A DNA stretch of 64,000 nt from Candidatus Omnitrophota bacterium (GCA_043806135.1 JAZDHG010000064.1:6535-70534), one strand, 5' to 3'; counted from the stretch's first letter, positions 26,286 to 36,323 are shown. Numbers and translations: made by a program. Notes: a model not told the origin generated them from the letters alone.

Positions 26286-27797
26286 TCACAAAAACATAAC
26301 CTCTTCAATACCTAAATGTTCGTCAGTAATTATGGCAATTTTCACCCACATCTTCTTTTCCATATTGGTAATAGTCATGCGGTCTTCATTGAGCAGCCGC
26401 ATCGCTATTTTGGGGTGTACCTTTACCTTAAGATAACGCCTCTTATTTGATTGAAGAAAACATCTGATCTGTCTTAATACCGCAATAGCAATAGTTTGTA
26501 TAGATTTTATCCTGCCTGTTCCGCTGCAATGAACGCATTTATCAAAAATTACACTATCCAGGTTCTTTCTTATCCTCTGTCTGGCTATTTGAACAATCCC
26601 CAGCGGAGAAAAAGGATACACCGTAAAACGCGCCTTATCATTTTCCATGGCCTTCAGCAGCACGCTAAGTACCTTTTTCTGATGCGAAGACTGCTGCATA
26701 TCAATAAAGTCAATTATAATTATCCCGGCCAAGTCTTTCAAAGCTATTTGGCGCGCTATTTCTTTTGCCGCCTCTAAGTTAGTCAGAAAAGCTGTTTCCT
26801 CCAGCCTGCCTCTATTTACAAAACTGCCGCTATTTACGTCAATTGAGATCAGAGCCTCTGTCCTTTCAATAACTATATATCCGCCCTTTTTAAGCGATAC
26901 CTTCTGGGCAAATATCTTTTCTATTTGCTGCTGCACATCATTTTGCTCAAATAGATGCATTTTTTCATTATAAAAACGAATATATCTTCGCAAATGCGGA
27001 GCCAGAGTTTGGATAAAGCCCATTACTTTTTTATAATCCTCTTTCTTATCGATCAATACCTGTTTTATATCATCGTTGAAAAGATCTCTGGCTACTCTCA
27101 AAATCAGATCATATTCCTCGTGTATTAAACAAGGAGCATCCCTTCTGGAAGATTTAACTTTTATTGTTTTCCATAATCTGAGCAGGTATTTTAATTCACG
27201 GGCAAACTCCCGCTTTCCCATCCTCTGGGCCTGAGTACGCATAATACAGCCCATATCTTTAGGCAACCCTATTTCCTTAAGCAGCGCTTTAAGACGCTGC
27301 CTCTCTTTATCATTGGTTATCTTTTTGGAAATCCCAATATTTTTACTATACGGCATTAATACCAAAAAACGCCCCGGAAGACTTATTTGGGAAGTCAAAC
27401 GGCACCCCTTTGTCCCAAACGGCTCTTTAACTACCTGAACTAAGACGTCCTGACCCTTTGTCAAAAGTTTATCTATTGTTTTTATTTCATGGTTTGTTTT
27501 GTTAGAGGCATTATCTGATTCAGCATCATCCGCGTTCTCAATGGCATATTCTTCTGAACGCATTGATTCAGGCAGTAATTCCTGCACATATAAAAACCCG
27601 TTTTTCTCCAGTCCGACATCAATAAATGCCGCTTCCATGCCTTTAACAATCTGTGCCACTTTGCCTTTGTATATATTGCCGGCCAGATGCGCCACACTGG
27701 TTCTTTCCAGGAAAAACTCCTCCAGCTTGCCGTTTTCTAAAACAGCAACCCTCTTTTCTTGTTCATCAATACTCATTAAAACTTCTTTATTCTGCAT
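26286..27797 (-). CDS. rng: ribonuclease G/E family endoribonuclease
   Basis: An N-terminal S1 domain is followed by an RNase E/G catalytic core. The length is 503 aa. Confidence 0.8.
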   Translation of the reverse strand: MQNKEVLMSIDEQEKRVAVLENGKLEEFFLERTSVAHLAGNIYKGKVAQIVKGMEAAFIDVGLEKNGFLYVQELLPESMRSEEYAIENADDAESDNASNKTNHEIKTIDKLLTKGQDVLVQVVKEPFGTKGCRLTSQISLPGRFLVLMPYSKNIGISKKITNDKERQRLKALLKEIGLPKDMGCIMRTQAQRMGKREFARELKYLLRLWKTIKVKSSRRDAPCLIHEEYDLILRVARDLFNDDIKQVLIDKKEDYKKVMGFIQTLAPHLRRYIRFYNEKMHLFEQNDVQQQIEKIFAQKVSLKKGGYIVIERTEALISIDVNSGSFVNRGRLEETAFLTNLEAAKEIARQIALKDLAGIIIIDFIDMQQSSHQKKVLSVLLKAMENDKARFTVYPFSPLGIVQIARQRIRKNLDSVIFDKCVHCSGTGRIKSIQTIAIAVLRQIRCFLQSNKRRYLKVKVHPKIAMRLLNEDRMTITNMEKKMWVKIAIITDEHLGIEEVMFL

Positions 27798-28092
27798 AAT
27801 TAATCTCTATAGTCCTTAAATCTTCATTTAACTGTCTATCTATTCTGTCTTTGAATTCCAGCAGTTCCATTTTTGTTTTCAAAAAAAATAATACTTCCAT
27901 TTCACCTCTTACCCCCAGTTTTAGAGCCTGGTCGAACTTCACCTTTGGATGAGGGCTGAACCCCTCAGTCAGGACAAAAGGGATTTCCGCACGTCTTAAT
28001 GCCCTGTAAATAAGTCTTATAAAATCCAGGTGCGATATAAAACGCATCATTCCATCTTTTTTAAACTTTGCCTTAATTTTCAGTACATCCAT
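27787..28092 (-). CDS. DUF2344/TIGR03936-like radical-SAM-linked protein, N-terminal portion only (truncated relative to a typical ~230 aa)
   Basis: KIKAKFKKDGMMRFISHLDFIRLIYRALRRAEIPFVLTEGFSPHPKVKF matches what I recall of the conserved DUF2344 N-terminus (RFISHLD...RALRRA...GFxPHP). It overlaps the rng start by 11 nt. No ribosome-binding site is evident upstream, and hairpins abut the start. Confidence 0.45.
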   Translation of the reverse strand: MDVLKIKAKFKKDGMMRFISHLDFIRLIYRALRRAEIPFVLTEGFSPHPKVKFDQALKLGVRGEMEVLFFLKTKMELLEFKDRIDRQLNEDLRTIEINYAE

Positions 28093-28193
28093 CTAGGTTT
28101 TAACAAAAGACAAAAACCTAGGACTTAAGGATCTAGCATCTCCCTTAGTCCCCGGTTTTTGTCTAAGGGTTAAAATTTTACTAAAACTAATTT

Positions 28194-29834
28194 TTACTTC
28201 TTAAAAAGGTACCCTTTATTTTTTCTTTCTTTTTCCGGATCTGTTTTCTTTTGGGCAACCACTTCAGTTTTTTTCTTAACCTCTACAGGAGTATCAGCCA
28301 CCGCTGCAGACCCCTTTCCGGCAGCTTCCTGTGTATCCTTCTGTTCTAAGGTCTTCATCTCTTCTAACTCCTTATCGAACATATCGGCTTTTAGGAAATC
28401 AGCTTCCTTAGTTTTGACAACATCTTCAACTGCGCTGATATCTGTTACGGCCGGATCAAGAACTTCAGATATCTTTTTTATTTCTAGTCTGCTATTTTCC
28501 TTTACGATATGCGGTGTAATAAAAATAAGCAGATTATTCCTTACAACTTCCTCCGCTTTATGCTGGAATAATTTTCCCAATATCGGGATGTTGCCTAAAA
28601 GAGGAACCTGTGTTTTAGTCTCAACGGTCTTATCCTTAATTAATCCGCCTATAACCAGTGTCTCTCCGTCTTTGATCATTACTGTTGCATCTGCAGTCTG
28701 TATGCTCAATACCGGCACTGTTGCTCCTTCAAAATCAACATCCCCTGTTTTATCAGAAACCTCAGGGTGTAATTTTAATGTAACATATCCATTCTGATTA
28801 ATCGTAGGTGTAACGCGAAGGAGAATTCCATAACTCTTATATTCCCATCCAGAAATAACAAATCGCCCCTGCTCTTCACTGTATGTATAGTTGGCTATCG
28901 GCCAGTCTGTCCCAACATGAATTTCAGCCATCTCATTATCAAGAGTAGTTATACTAGGATTCGACAAAATCTTTGTTTTTACCTTAGTTTGAATGGCTTC
29001 AAGCAAAAGGCTGAAAGAAGCACCGTCAAGTATCCCAAACGAGTAGTCACCTGCCGTGGACAAAGGAAATGCAGGATTTGCTACTGTTGGGAATGAATCC
29101 ACCCCGTCCCCTTTAGGCAAATAGTTATTGTATTTGTCCCCCACATTGTTTGCCGGCCAGGGAAAAGTAGTCGGTCTTGATGACAATGAAGCCGTATAAG
29201 AAGCGTTCCATTTCAATCCCAAGTTTTCAATATCTGAAAAGTTTGTTTCCATAATTCTTGCTTCGATTGTCACCTGCGGCGTCATTGAATCCAGGCGTTC
29301 AATAACCTTGCTTATCTTATAAATGTTAGTTGGAATATCCGTAACAATAACAAGATTGGCTCTTGTATCAAATTTTATTTTCCCACGCTCAGAGAGCATC
29401 TCAGAGACTGAGTTTGACACATCAGCTGCCTTAGCATAATTTAAAGCAAATACTTCTGTGACCAGATTTTCCTGTCCCTGTTTATCAAGAGTCGTAACAC
29501 GGATTATATTTGTCTCTCTTTCATAAGCATATCCGTACGTGCGGCATATTACATCGAGAACTTTCTCCCATGGCACATCAGTGATCTGTACCGTAACAAG
29601 CCCCTTAACATCCGGATCTGCCACTATGCTCACATTACCTTTTAAAGCAAGCACCCTGAAAACATCCTGTATATCGGCATCCTTGAACTCAACACTGATA
29701 TTTCCTGTCTGAGTATCTTCAACCTGCATTTCGTTTATCTGGTTTGCAGCCAGGAAAGAACCGACTGCCAGAACAAGCGCCAAAACTAAAAATAAAACCT
29801 TACTCCTGAAAGTCAGAAATTTACTATTGTCCAT
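28194..29834 (-). CDS. pilQ: type IV pilus secretin PilQ
   Basis: It has a signal peptide and the secretin C-domain with VPLLGNIPILGKLF. The length is 546 aa. Confidence 0.85.
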   Translation of the reverse strand: MDNSKFLTFRSKVLFLVLALVLAVGSFLAANQINEMQVEDTQTGNISVEFKDADIQDVFRVLALKGNVSIVADPDVKGLVTVQITDVPWEKVLDVICRTYGYAYERETNIIRVTTLDKQGQENLVTEVFALNYAKAADVSNSVSEMLSERGKIKFDTRANLVIVTDIPTNIYKISKVIERLDSMTPQVTIEARIMETNFSDIENLGLKWNASYTASLSSRPTTFPWPANNVGDKYNNYLPKGDGVDSFPTVANPAFPLSTAGDYSFGILDGASFSLLLEAIQTKVKTKILSNPSITTLDNEMAEIHVGTDWPIANYTYSEEQGRFVISGWEYKSYGILLRVTPTINQNGYVTLKLHPEVSDKTGDVDFEGATVPVLSIQTADATVMIKDGETLVIGGLIKDKTVETKTQVPLLGNIPILGKLFQHKAEEVVRNNLLIFITPHIVKENSRLEIKKISEVLDPAVTDISAVEDVVKTKEADFLKADMFDKELEEMKTLEQKDTQEAAGKGSAAVADTPVEVKKKTEVVAQKKTDPEKERKNKGYLFKK

Positions 29835-30204
29835 CTGAATTCCCCCCTCCTTTTTTGAGATTAATAACCATCACTTTTCCCCCTTTTTGCAAGATAACAC
29901 TTGCCTTTTTTATCTTTAAAACCTGCATATCCAATATCCTCTCTTGTTCTTTAAGCAGCTTGCCGTTTATAATTGCCATGGACTTGCCGCTCGGATCCCA
30001 GATAATCCCTTCAAGTTCAACATTATCGGTGTCAGAGACTGTCTTTGCCCCGGGTAAAATGCGGCCGTCCGGTGTAACTAAGCTCATAAACGGATCGCGA
30101 TTGCCCTTATCTTTGTACATGAAATCCCGAACACTTGCCCGGGCTCCGGCAACTACAACGATACTTAATAAGAAGACCAAAATGTTATTGCAGATTTGCT
30201 TCAT
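29824..30204 (-). CDS. pilP: type IV pilus assembly protein PilP-like
   Basis: It has a lipoprotein-like signal peptide and the RDPF motif, and its position between pilO and pilQ fits. Confidence 0.6.
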   Translation of the reverse strand: MKQICNNILVFLLSIVVVAGARASVRDFMYKDKGNRDPFMSLVTPDGRILPGAKTVSDTDNVELEGIIWDPSGKSMAIINGKLLKEQERILDMQVLKIKKASVILQKGGKVMVINLKKGGGNSDGQ

Positions 30205-30775
30205 TCATAAAATCCTTCAAACAAAATGTTTTTACGGTCATAAAAACCTGCTGTTTATCCAGGTTTACATCCGCATGGGTTATTTTAATTCTATCAATCG
30301 TCATGAAATTCTGGGAATACTCAATTTCATTTATAAATTTCCCTAGGTCATGGAATCCGGCATAGGCATCAATCAATACCGGAATTTTTACAAAAAACAA
30401 TGTCGGGTCATCAATCACTTTCTGAGGCTCCATGGCAATGATCTTAACATCGTTTTCCCGGGCCAGTTTTGAAAGCAATTCTAGAAAAACAGGGAATTCC
30501 CTTTGTAAAGGCAGCCCCCTGATGAAATCTTTGTAAGTATTATCCAGGGATTCAAATTCGAGTTCCAAAGCAGTATAATTTTTAATACCCTGGTCAAGAT
30601 CGCTCAGGATCTTCTTTTTTTCATTGGTTTCACCCAGGACTTTCGCCATGTTTATTATTTGCGGAACGATCAGCAATACAAGAACAACCGCACTGATTCC
30701 CAAGGCGATCTGGAAAAATGAAACACCGGCAAATTTCAAATCTTTCAATGAATTTATTTTAATTTTAAGCTTCAC
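30185..30775 (-). CDS. pilO: type IV pilus assembly protein PilO
   Basis: It has a single N-terminal TM and is 196 aa. Its position between pilN and pilP fits. Confidence 0.6.
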   Translation of the reverse strand: MKLKIKINSLKDLKFAGVSFFQIALGISAVVLVLLIVPQIINMAKVLGETNEKKKILSDLDQGIKNYTALELEFESLDNTYKDFIRGLPLQREFPVFLELLSKLARENDVKIIAMEPQKVIDDPTLFFVKIPVLIDAYAGFHDLGKFINEIEYSQNFMTIDRIKITHADVNLDKQQVFMTVKTFCLKDFMNEANLQ

Positions 30776-31383
30776 AACTCAACTTCCTGTTTAAACAAAC
30801 AAATCAAAGTAAAATCCATAACTTCAACCGTTGCTATCTGCCGTCGTAATACCCCTTCAAGCTCAATCCCGCTAAAGTGCTGGAAAAATTCCTTATTAAG
30901 CTTAAGATTCCTAACAAAATTACCTATCGCCCCCATTTCATCGTGAATAACCGATACAGCTGTAGCTTCAATCTTAAGATTTTTTTTTCCCTGCGGACCC
31001 GCAGCCTGCGCCACGGCTTCTTTTTCCAACGATAATTGCCTTAACCAAATTCCCGGTATGATCAGGTCACTTAGCAAGTTCAATTTTTTAGACCACAAAG
31101 ATCTGTTTTTTACCAGTGGACTAAAAAGAGCATTGGTTTTTTTAAGATTTACAGTCTTTTGCTGTATAGAAATAATCTTCTGCTGTTCAGGAGCCAGCCC
31201 CTTTAAACGAGTATCAAGGGCATGAAGCGTAATACTGCGGCCAACGTTTATGGCAGTAATAATAAGAAAAATTGCCAGGAGCATAGCATTTATGGAAAGC
31301 AATATCAAGTTTAAAGGAATAAGCTGCTGTCTTTCCTCTTTTTTTGCTCTATAAATTTCAGGCAACAGGTTAATTTCTATCAT
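30772..31383 (-). CDS. pilN: type IV pilus assembly protein PilN
   Basis: The N-terminus MIEINLLPE carries the canonical INLLP motif followed by a TM helix. Confidence 0.75.
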   Translation of the reverse strand: MIEINLLPEIYRAKKEERQQLIPLNLILLSINAMLLAIFLIITAINVGRSITLHALDTRLKGLAPEQQKIISIQQKTVNLKKTNALFSPLVKNRSLWSKKLNLLSDLIIPGIWLRQLSLEKEAVAQAAGPQGKKNLKIEATAVSVIHDEMGAIGNFVRNLKLNKEFFQHFSGIELEGVLRRQIATVEVMDFTLICLFKQEVEL

Positions 31384-31386
31384 ATC

Positions 31387-32433
31387 TTACCCTCTAAGTG
31401 CCAATCCTATCGATACTGTAAGCAGCGGGCCTACTTCAATAAGCCGCTCTTTTGAGAGCTCAGAATTTATTTGCAAAATTTTTGTAGGGTCCCACACCTC
31501 AACATCTATGCCGAGAATGCTGTTTAAAACCTTATCAATCCCCTTGAACTTAGCCGTTCCTCCTGTAAGAAAAATCTTTTGTACGCTTGCCCCCATTTGG
31601 CCTTCCGCATAATTAAAAGACATCTGGATTTCACTAGCGATCGAGTCTAAAACAGAACGGACAGCGTTTATCAAGTCTCCGTATCTGTCCTTTGGATCAT
31701 GCTTTAAATTCTCAGCTTCCTCTTCTGTCATTTCGAATTCTTCAATAATAGCTTTTGTTATGTGCCTGCCGCCGATTGGAATATCCCGGTTAAAGTGGGG
31801 AATATTGTTGCGCAAAATAGTTGTACTGGTGATATCCGCTCCTATGTCTAAGACCGCAATGATCTCCTTATTCTCCTGCTGCACTAATTTAAAAGAATTG
31901 ACTATTGCAAAAGAATCAACATCAATAACCCCCGGAGTCAGGCCTGCATCCTGTAAAATTTTTATTCTCTCTTCAATAACCTCTTTTTTTACGGCAACCA
32001 GCAGCACCTTCATCATCTTCTGCCCCTTGCCTTCGCCGCTGTCACCCAATATTTGAAAATCATAGTTAACTTCATCAAGATTAAATGGAATATATTTGCC
32101 CAAGCCAAATTTCAGGGCTTTAATCAATTCTTCTTTCGTCATTTTCGGCATCTGAACATATCGGACAATAACTGCCTGCCCGGAGACAGAAGTATTAACC
32201 AATTTTGTGCTTATTTGGGCATTTGCCAGGGATTTTTTTATGGCTTGCAAGATATCCAAGCCTTTAGAACTTTTAAAACTCTGGATATCAAAACTCACCA
32301 GTTCTTTAAACAAAGAGCCAGGCTGCGTAAGCAGTTGGACTACTTTTATGCTGGAATTGCCTATGTCCAATCCAACAGAAACCCTAGCCTTTGGCTTTAC
32401 AAATTTTTCAAATACAGCTTTTAATTGTTTCAT
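31387..32433 (-). CDS. pilM: type IV pilus assembly ATPase-fold protein PilM
   Basis: It has an actin-like ATPase fold with VGLDIGNSSIKVVQL. The length is 348 aa. Confidence 0.8.
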   Translation of the reverse strand: MKQLKAVFEKFVKPKARVSVGLDIGNSSIKVVQLLTQPGSLFKELVSFDIQSFKSSKGLDILQAIKKSLANAQISTKLVNTSVSGQAVIVRYVQMPKMTKEELIKALKFGLGKYIPFNLDEVNYDFQILGDSGEGKGQKMMKVLLVAVKKEVIEERIKILQDAGLTPGVIDVDSFAIVNSFKLVQQENKEIIAVLDIGADITSTTILRNNIPHFNRDIPIGGRHITKAIIEEFEMTEEEAENLKHDPKDRYGDLINAVRSVLDSIASEIQMSFNYAEGQMGASVQKIFLTGGTAKFKGIDKVLNSILGIDVEVWDPTKILQINSELSKERLIEVGPLLTVSIGLALRG

Positions 32434-32614
32434 AATTAAGATAGGAAAGTCGTGGCCCCCACTGCCAATTTAACCAAAAAAAATGAGCATATAATTAATG
32501 TTTTTAGTTTAACACAGATTGTCAGGTGATTCAAGTTATATTTAACCCTTCTTTACATAGCATGTTAGCAATTTTTAAGATCAAAACAGAAAAACCGATC
32601 TTCCACTAAGATCT

Positions 32615-33985
32615 CTAAACTGTTGCCATAGTATCTGTTATATTAACCTCCGAAACCTTTACTTTCTTTATTGTGTTGCCCAGGTCTTTATCGGTACGCA
32701 CTTTAACATAAACATATGTGTCTGAATACCCGCACCAGCAGTCATTTTCTTTTTCTTCAAAAAGAACACTCAATTCCTTATTTAACAGCTTCTGCCTCAA
32801 GGCAAAGCTGGTTCGAACCGCTGCGTCTTCAAGGAGCAGTCTGCGATGTTTTTTAATACAAGCATCAATCTGATGGCCCATTCTTGCTGCGGAAGTGCCT
32901 CTGCGCGGGCTAAACGTAAAGACATGTACTCTTGTAAAGCCCGTATTTTTAACTAAATCAAGCGTATTATTAAAGTGCTCATCCGTCTCGCCTGGAAACC
33001 CGACCATAATATCAGTAGTAAAAGATATGTCTTTGAGTTTACTCCTGATCAAGTTTATTTTATCTAAATACTCTCTGGCACTGTAATCCCGGTTCATTTT
33101 TTTCAAAATAAAACTGTCGCCGCTCTGTAAAGGTATATGCAAATGCCGGCAAAGCTTTGAATCTTCCGAAAACTTGTCAATCAAGGTATCAGTTACACAT
33201 TTTAGCTCAATAGAACTCAAACGCAGCCGCTTTAAATCCGGTAAAAGATTTAATTCTTCAATCAGATCTCTGACCTGCCTTCTCTCCTTAAATTCCCTTC
33301 CCCATGCCCCCAGATTAATACCGCAAAGAACTATCTCTTTAAATCCTTTTTCACTCAAAAGTTTAACCTCACTCACAATTTCTTTCATAGTGCGGCTTCT
33401 GGGCTCACCCCGCACATGAGGCACAATACAGTAACTGCAGAAATTATCGCAGCCATCTTGTATTTTTACAAACGCCCTGTTATGGCTGGTAAAATCACTT
33501 ATCCCTTTTTCCAAGCCATTAACCCGATCCCCCCGAGAAACCGCTGCATTATTATCCTCAAGAATTTCGCCGAATTCTCTCTCGATCATTCCATAGACTG
33601 ATTTTTTTTGGTCCTGAGGGATAATACAGCTTATCCCGTTAGGTTTTACTTTCGAAGCCTTAGTATTTTGGGCGTAACAACCCGTAAGAATAATTTTTGC
33701 TTTTGGATTTTTTCTAGAGAGGTTTTTAAGCAGGCTGCTGCATTTTTTATCCGCGCGTGAAGTTATCGTACATCCGTTGACGATCAAAAAAACGGGTGAT
33801 TCTTCTGTTTCCACAAACCCGTTAGCTAAAAATTCTTCGCGCATTAACTGCGTTTCATATTGATTAACTTTACAACCAAAGGTAAAAAAAGCGCAGGTTC
33901 TTTTAATTTTAGAGCTCATTTCATGCCAATATAAATTTACTAACTGATCACTATCCTTTTTACACTCTTTCGTCCCAAAGAGCAA
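32615..33985 (-). CDS. mtaB: MiaB-family radical SAM methylthiotransferase, MtaB-like
   Basis: It has the MTTase N-domain FTFGCKVNQYETQ, a radical SAM core with CDNFCSYC and a C-terminal TRAM domain. Confidence 0.7.
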   Translation of the reverse strand: MLFGTKECKKDSDQLVNLYWHEMSSKIKRTCAFFTFGCKVNQYETQLMREEFLANGFVETEESPVFLIVNGCTITSRADKKCSSLLKNLSRKNPKAKIILTGCYAQNTKASKVKPNGISCIIPQDQKKSVYGMIEREFGEILEDNNAAVSRGDRVNGLEKGISDFTSHNRAFVKIQDGCDNFCSYCIVPHVRGEPRSRTMKEIVSEVKLLSEKGFKEIVLCGINLGAWGREFKERRQVRDLIEELNLLPDLKRLRLSSIELKCVTDTLIDKFSEDSKLCRHLHIPLQSGDSFILKKMNRDYSAREYLDKINLIRSKLKDISFTTDIMVGFPGETDEHFNNTLDLVKNTGFTRVHVFTFSPRRGTSAARMGHQIDACIKKHRRLLLEDAAVRTSFALRQKLLNKELSVLFEEKENDCWCGYSDTYVYVKVRTDKDLGNTIKKVKVSEVNITDTMATV

Positions 33986-34083
33986 AGCGCCTGTCCTTAA
34001 AGCATTGTGAGGAAGTGATCGTCATTCTGTTTTTGATTTGCTGTCTTCCTATCCGCTAATCGCTGATCGCTATACGCAATCGA

Positions 34084-34593
34084 TTATTGATATTTCCAGG
34101 TCACTTTTCCCTCAGCTCCGGATAAAACCGCCCGGCCGTAAACAATTTTAGACTCTGTCCCGGAATCTTTAACGACCATAATCGAAATGGTTTTAAGCTC
34201 CGGATACTCCTCCTTCAATCCAAGCGTCATATCAATTGCCAGTTTTTTTACGACCAAAATAGATTTTGCTTGAAATCGTATGTTTAAAGTAAAAGCGAGA
34301 AACTTCTCTCCGAATTGCATATCTTCAACATCAAAATTCTGCTGATAATCCCGCCAGCCGTTTATATATTCCAATAAGTATAACTCACTTATCCGCTTTT
34401 TTTGCTCCTGAGGCTGCGGTATCTGCGAACTTACCTGATAAATGATAACGACGAAAAAGTAAAGAAAAGTAATTATCGCAAAAATAAAAACTTTTCTTGT
34501 ATTTTTAAGAAAAAACTCTTTTCCTTTATCCGAGAGCCCCTGAATAACCTTATCCAGAGGGAATTTATCTTCTTTTTTATTCATAACTTCCAC
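34084..34593 (-). CDS. hypothetical membrane-anchored protein
   Basis: It has a single TM (FIFAIITFLYFFVVIIY) and no recognised domain. Confidence 0.35.
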   Translation of the reverse strand: MEVMNKKEDKFPLDKVIQGLSDKGKEFFLKNTRKVFIFAIITFLYFFVVIIYQVSSQIPQPQEQKKRISELYLLEYINGWRDYQQNFDVEDMQFGEKFLAFTLNIRFQAKSILVVKKLAIDMTLGLKEEYPELKTISIMVVKDSGTESKIVYGRAVLSGAEGKVTWKYQ

Positions 34594-35309
34594 TCATAGT
34601 TTAAAACCGATAACACCATTGTAACCGCAGTTTCGCATTTAAGCACATTTTTCCCGAGAGTTATGCCTATGGCCCCGTTTTGTTCGGCATTACGCACTTC
34701 CTCTTGCGTAAAATCCCCTTCCGGCCCGATAAAAATTATCGTGCTCTGCGGTTTACTGACTTTAGCAATTTTTTTCAAAGATACTGTCCCTTTATGCAAA
34801 GAGGAAATTAGGGCAAGGCTGTACCCGGAAATTTTTTTAACAAGCGTTGAAAAATCAGTCACCGGAGCTATATCCGGAACATAAGAACATCCGCACTGCT
34901 TTGCCGCCTCAACTGCAATTTTCTGCCACCTAAGCCTTTTTTCTACAGCTTTCTCCGGGCTTATGCGGACAACCGTTCTAAAGCTTTGCATGGGGATGAG
35001 TGTATTCACTCCAAGCTGAGTTGCTTTATCTACTATGGACTCAAACTTTGCGTGTTTCGGTATAGCTGCGGCTAAGGTGATATCCACATTGTCCTTTAAA
35101 GCTGATTTGAGCTCACTTATCTGTATTATTCCCTTTTTTGCGGATAATGATATCAATGTTCCAAGATACTCCTTACCCGCACCGTCAAAAGCAGCAACCC
35201 TGGCCCCTTTGGCTAGCCTTAAGACTGAATAGGCATGTTTTGCCTCTTCCGGCCGTATATTTATCTCATTGCCGGTTATATCTTCTGTATGGATATAAAA
35301 TCGATGCAT
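34581..35309 (-). CDS. rsmE: 16S rRNA (uracil1498-N3)-methyltransferase
   Basis: MHRFYI... is the characteristic RsmE start, and the C-terminal SPOUT domain has GPEGDFT. Confidence 0.8.
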   Translation of the reverse strand: MHRFYIHTEDITGNEINIRPEEAKHAYSVLRLAKGARVAAFDGAGKEYLGTLISLSAKKGIIQISELKSALKDNVDITLAAAIPKHAKFESIVDKATQLGVNTLIPMQSFRTVVRISPEKAVEKRLRWQKIAVEAAKQCGCSYVPDIAPVTDFSTLVKKISGYSLALISSLHKGTVSLKKIAKVSKPQSTIIFIGPEGDFTQEEVRNAEQNGAIGITLGKNVLKCETAVTMVLSVLNYEWKL

Positions 35310-35456
35310 TGCTAATATCCTTTTGTATAAACCTCTACAATATTGCTTTGTTGCAAAACAACTTGTTATGATCTCGTGTCTTTAATCTGCGTTATTCTGT
35401 GCAGGACTGTGTTTCGCAACAGTCCCAATATATTTAAACATAGTTCATCACATAAA

Positions 35457-35495
35457 ACAAGTGGACGACAGAAACTGCCGTCCACTTGTGTTTTG
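35457..35495 (-). terminator. intrinsic terminator-like hairpin downstream of the pilin array (11-bp perfect stem, 11-nt loop, U-tracts on both strands)
   Basis: ACAAGTGGACG at 35457-35467 pairs with CGTCCACTTGT at 35479-35489. GTTTTG follows on the plus strand and UUUUAUGUG on the minus strand. A second 7-bp hairpin lies at 35404-35425. Confidence 0.5.
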
Positions 35496-35515
35496 ATAAC
35501 TATAACTTCCGTTTA

Positions 35516-35893
35516 TCACGGCCAAACATGCGTTCCGGATGTGTCACTGCATACGGCTCCAGCACTGCCGGCAGCACCACTAAGTGTATATGCTCCTGGT
35601 CCAACGATAGGACATTGAGGTACACCAGCCAAATATCCAGAGGTTTGCAGAAAAGCAACGTTATTAGAACCACCCCAGGTAAAACCACTAGAAACGTTTT
35701 CTTTTACTTCATAAATATTCATCGCAGAGACAAGGCCGCGCAAGTTAGCAACGCAAACCTTTACGTTCGCATCATCTCTTACATCAGCAAAACGAGGTAA
35801 AATCAATGAAACCAGAATTCCAAGTATTGCAATGACGATCAAAAGTTCGATTAATGTAAAACCTTTTCTATTCATCTTCTTCATCTTCTTCAT
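35516..35893 (-). CDS. pilA: type IVa pilin, paralog 1 (prepilin with extended leader)
   Basis: The G/FTLIELLIVIAILGIL N-terminus is the class III signal peptide, with C-terminal ...CS..GTHVWP. The ORF-track start is a GTG overlapping the ribosome-binding site; the first ATG at 35893 is spaced from GAGGTG like its paralogs. Confidence 0.8.
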   Translation of the reverse strand: MKKMKKMNRKGFTLIELLIVIAILGILVSLILPRFADVRDDANVKVCVANLRGLVSAMNIYEVKENVSSGFTWGGSNNVAFLQTSGYLAGVPQCPIVGPGAYTLSGAAGSAGAVCSDTSGTHVWP

Positions 35894-35929
35894 CTTATTC
35901 ACCTCTTTTCCAAATATGTCTTTAAACGA

Positions 35930-36286
35930 TCACGGCCAAACATGCGTTCCGGCCACACTGCAGGCTGCTGCTGGACTGCCAGCAGCTCCGCTAATCGTAT
36001 ACGCCCCTGATCCGGCAATAGGACAAGCCGGTTCATCCGCTAAATATCCAGCGGTTTTAAGAAAAGCAACGTCGTACGGAGTAATCCAGCTAAAACTGGA
36101 ATCAACATTTTCTTTTACTTCATAAGTATTCATAGCTGAAACAAGACCCCGTATATTAGCTATGCAAACTTTTGTATTCGCATCAGTTCTTACATCAGCA
36201 AAACGCGGCAGAATAAGAGAAACCAGAATTCCAAGTATTGCGATCACAACCAAAAGTTCTATCAGTGTGAACCCATATCTTTTCAT
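35930..36286 (-). CDS. pilA: type IVa pilin, paralog 2
   Basis: MKRYG/FTLIELLVVIAILGIL. It is roughly 75% identical by eye to paralogs 1 and 3, with the same C-terminal GTHVWP. Confidence 0.85.
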   Translation of the reverse strand: MKRYGFTLIELLVVIAILGILVSLILPRFADVRTDANTKVCIANIRGLVSAMNTYEVKENVDSSFSWITPYDVAFLKTAGYLADEPACPIAGSGAYTISGAAGSPAAACSVAGTHVWP

Positions 36287-36323
36287 CTTAATCCACCTCT
36301 TTTTCTATTAAATTAAATTTTTA

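Noticed and set aside
32805-32830. The palindrome GGTTCGAACC resembles a tRNA T-arm.
   Set aside because: It lies inside the mtaB coding sequence with no surrounding cloverleaf, so it is coincidental.
35900-35902. The GTG start for pilin paralog 1 implied by the ORF track gives the leader MNKMKKMKKMNRKG.
   Set aside because: The GTG overlaps the GAGGTG ribosome-binding site itself. The first ATG, 9 nt downstream, has the same ribosome-binding-site spacing as the paralogs, so I moved the start to 35893.
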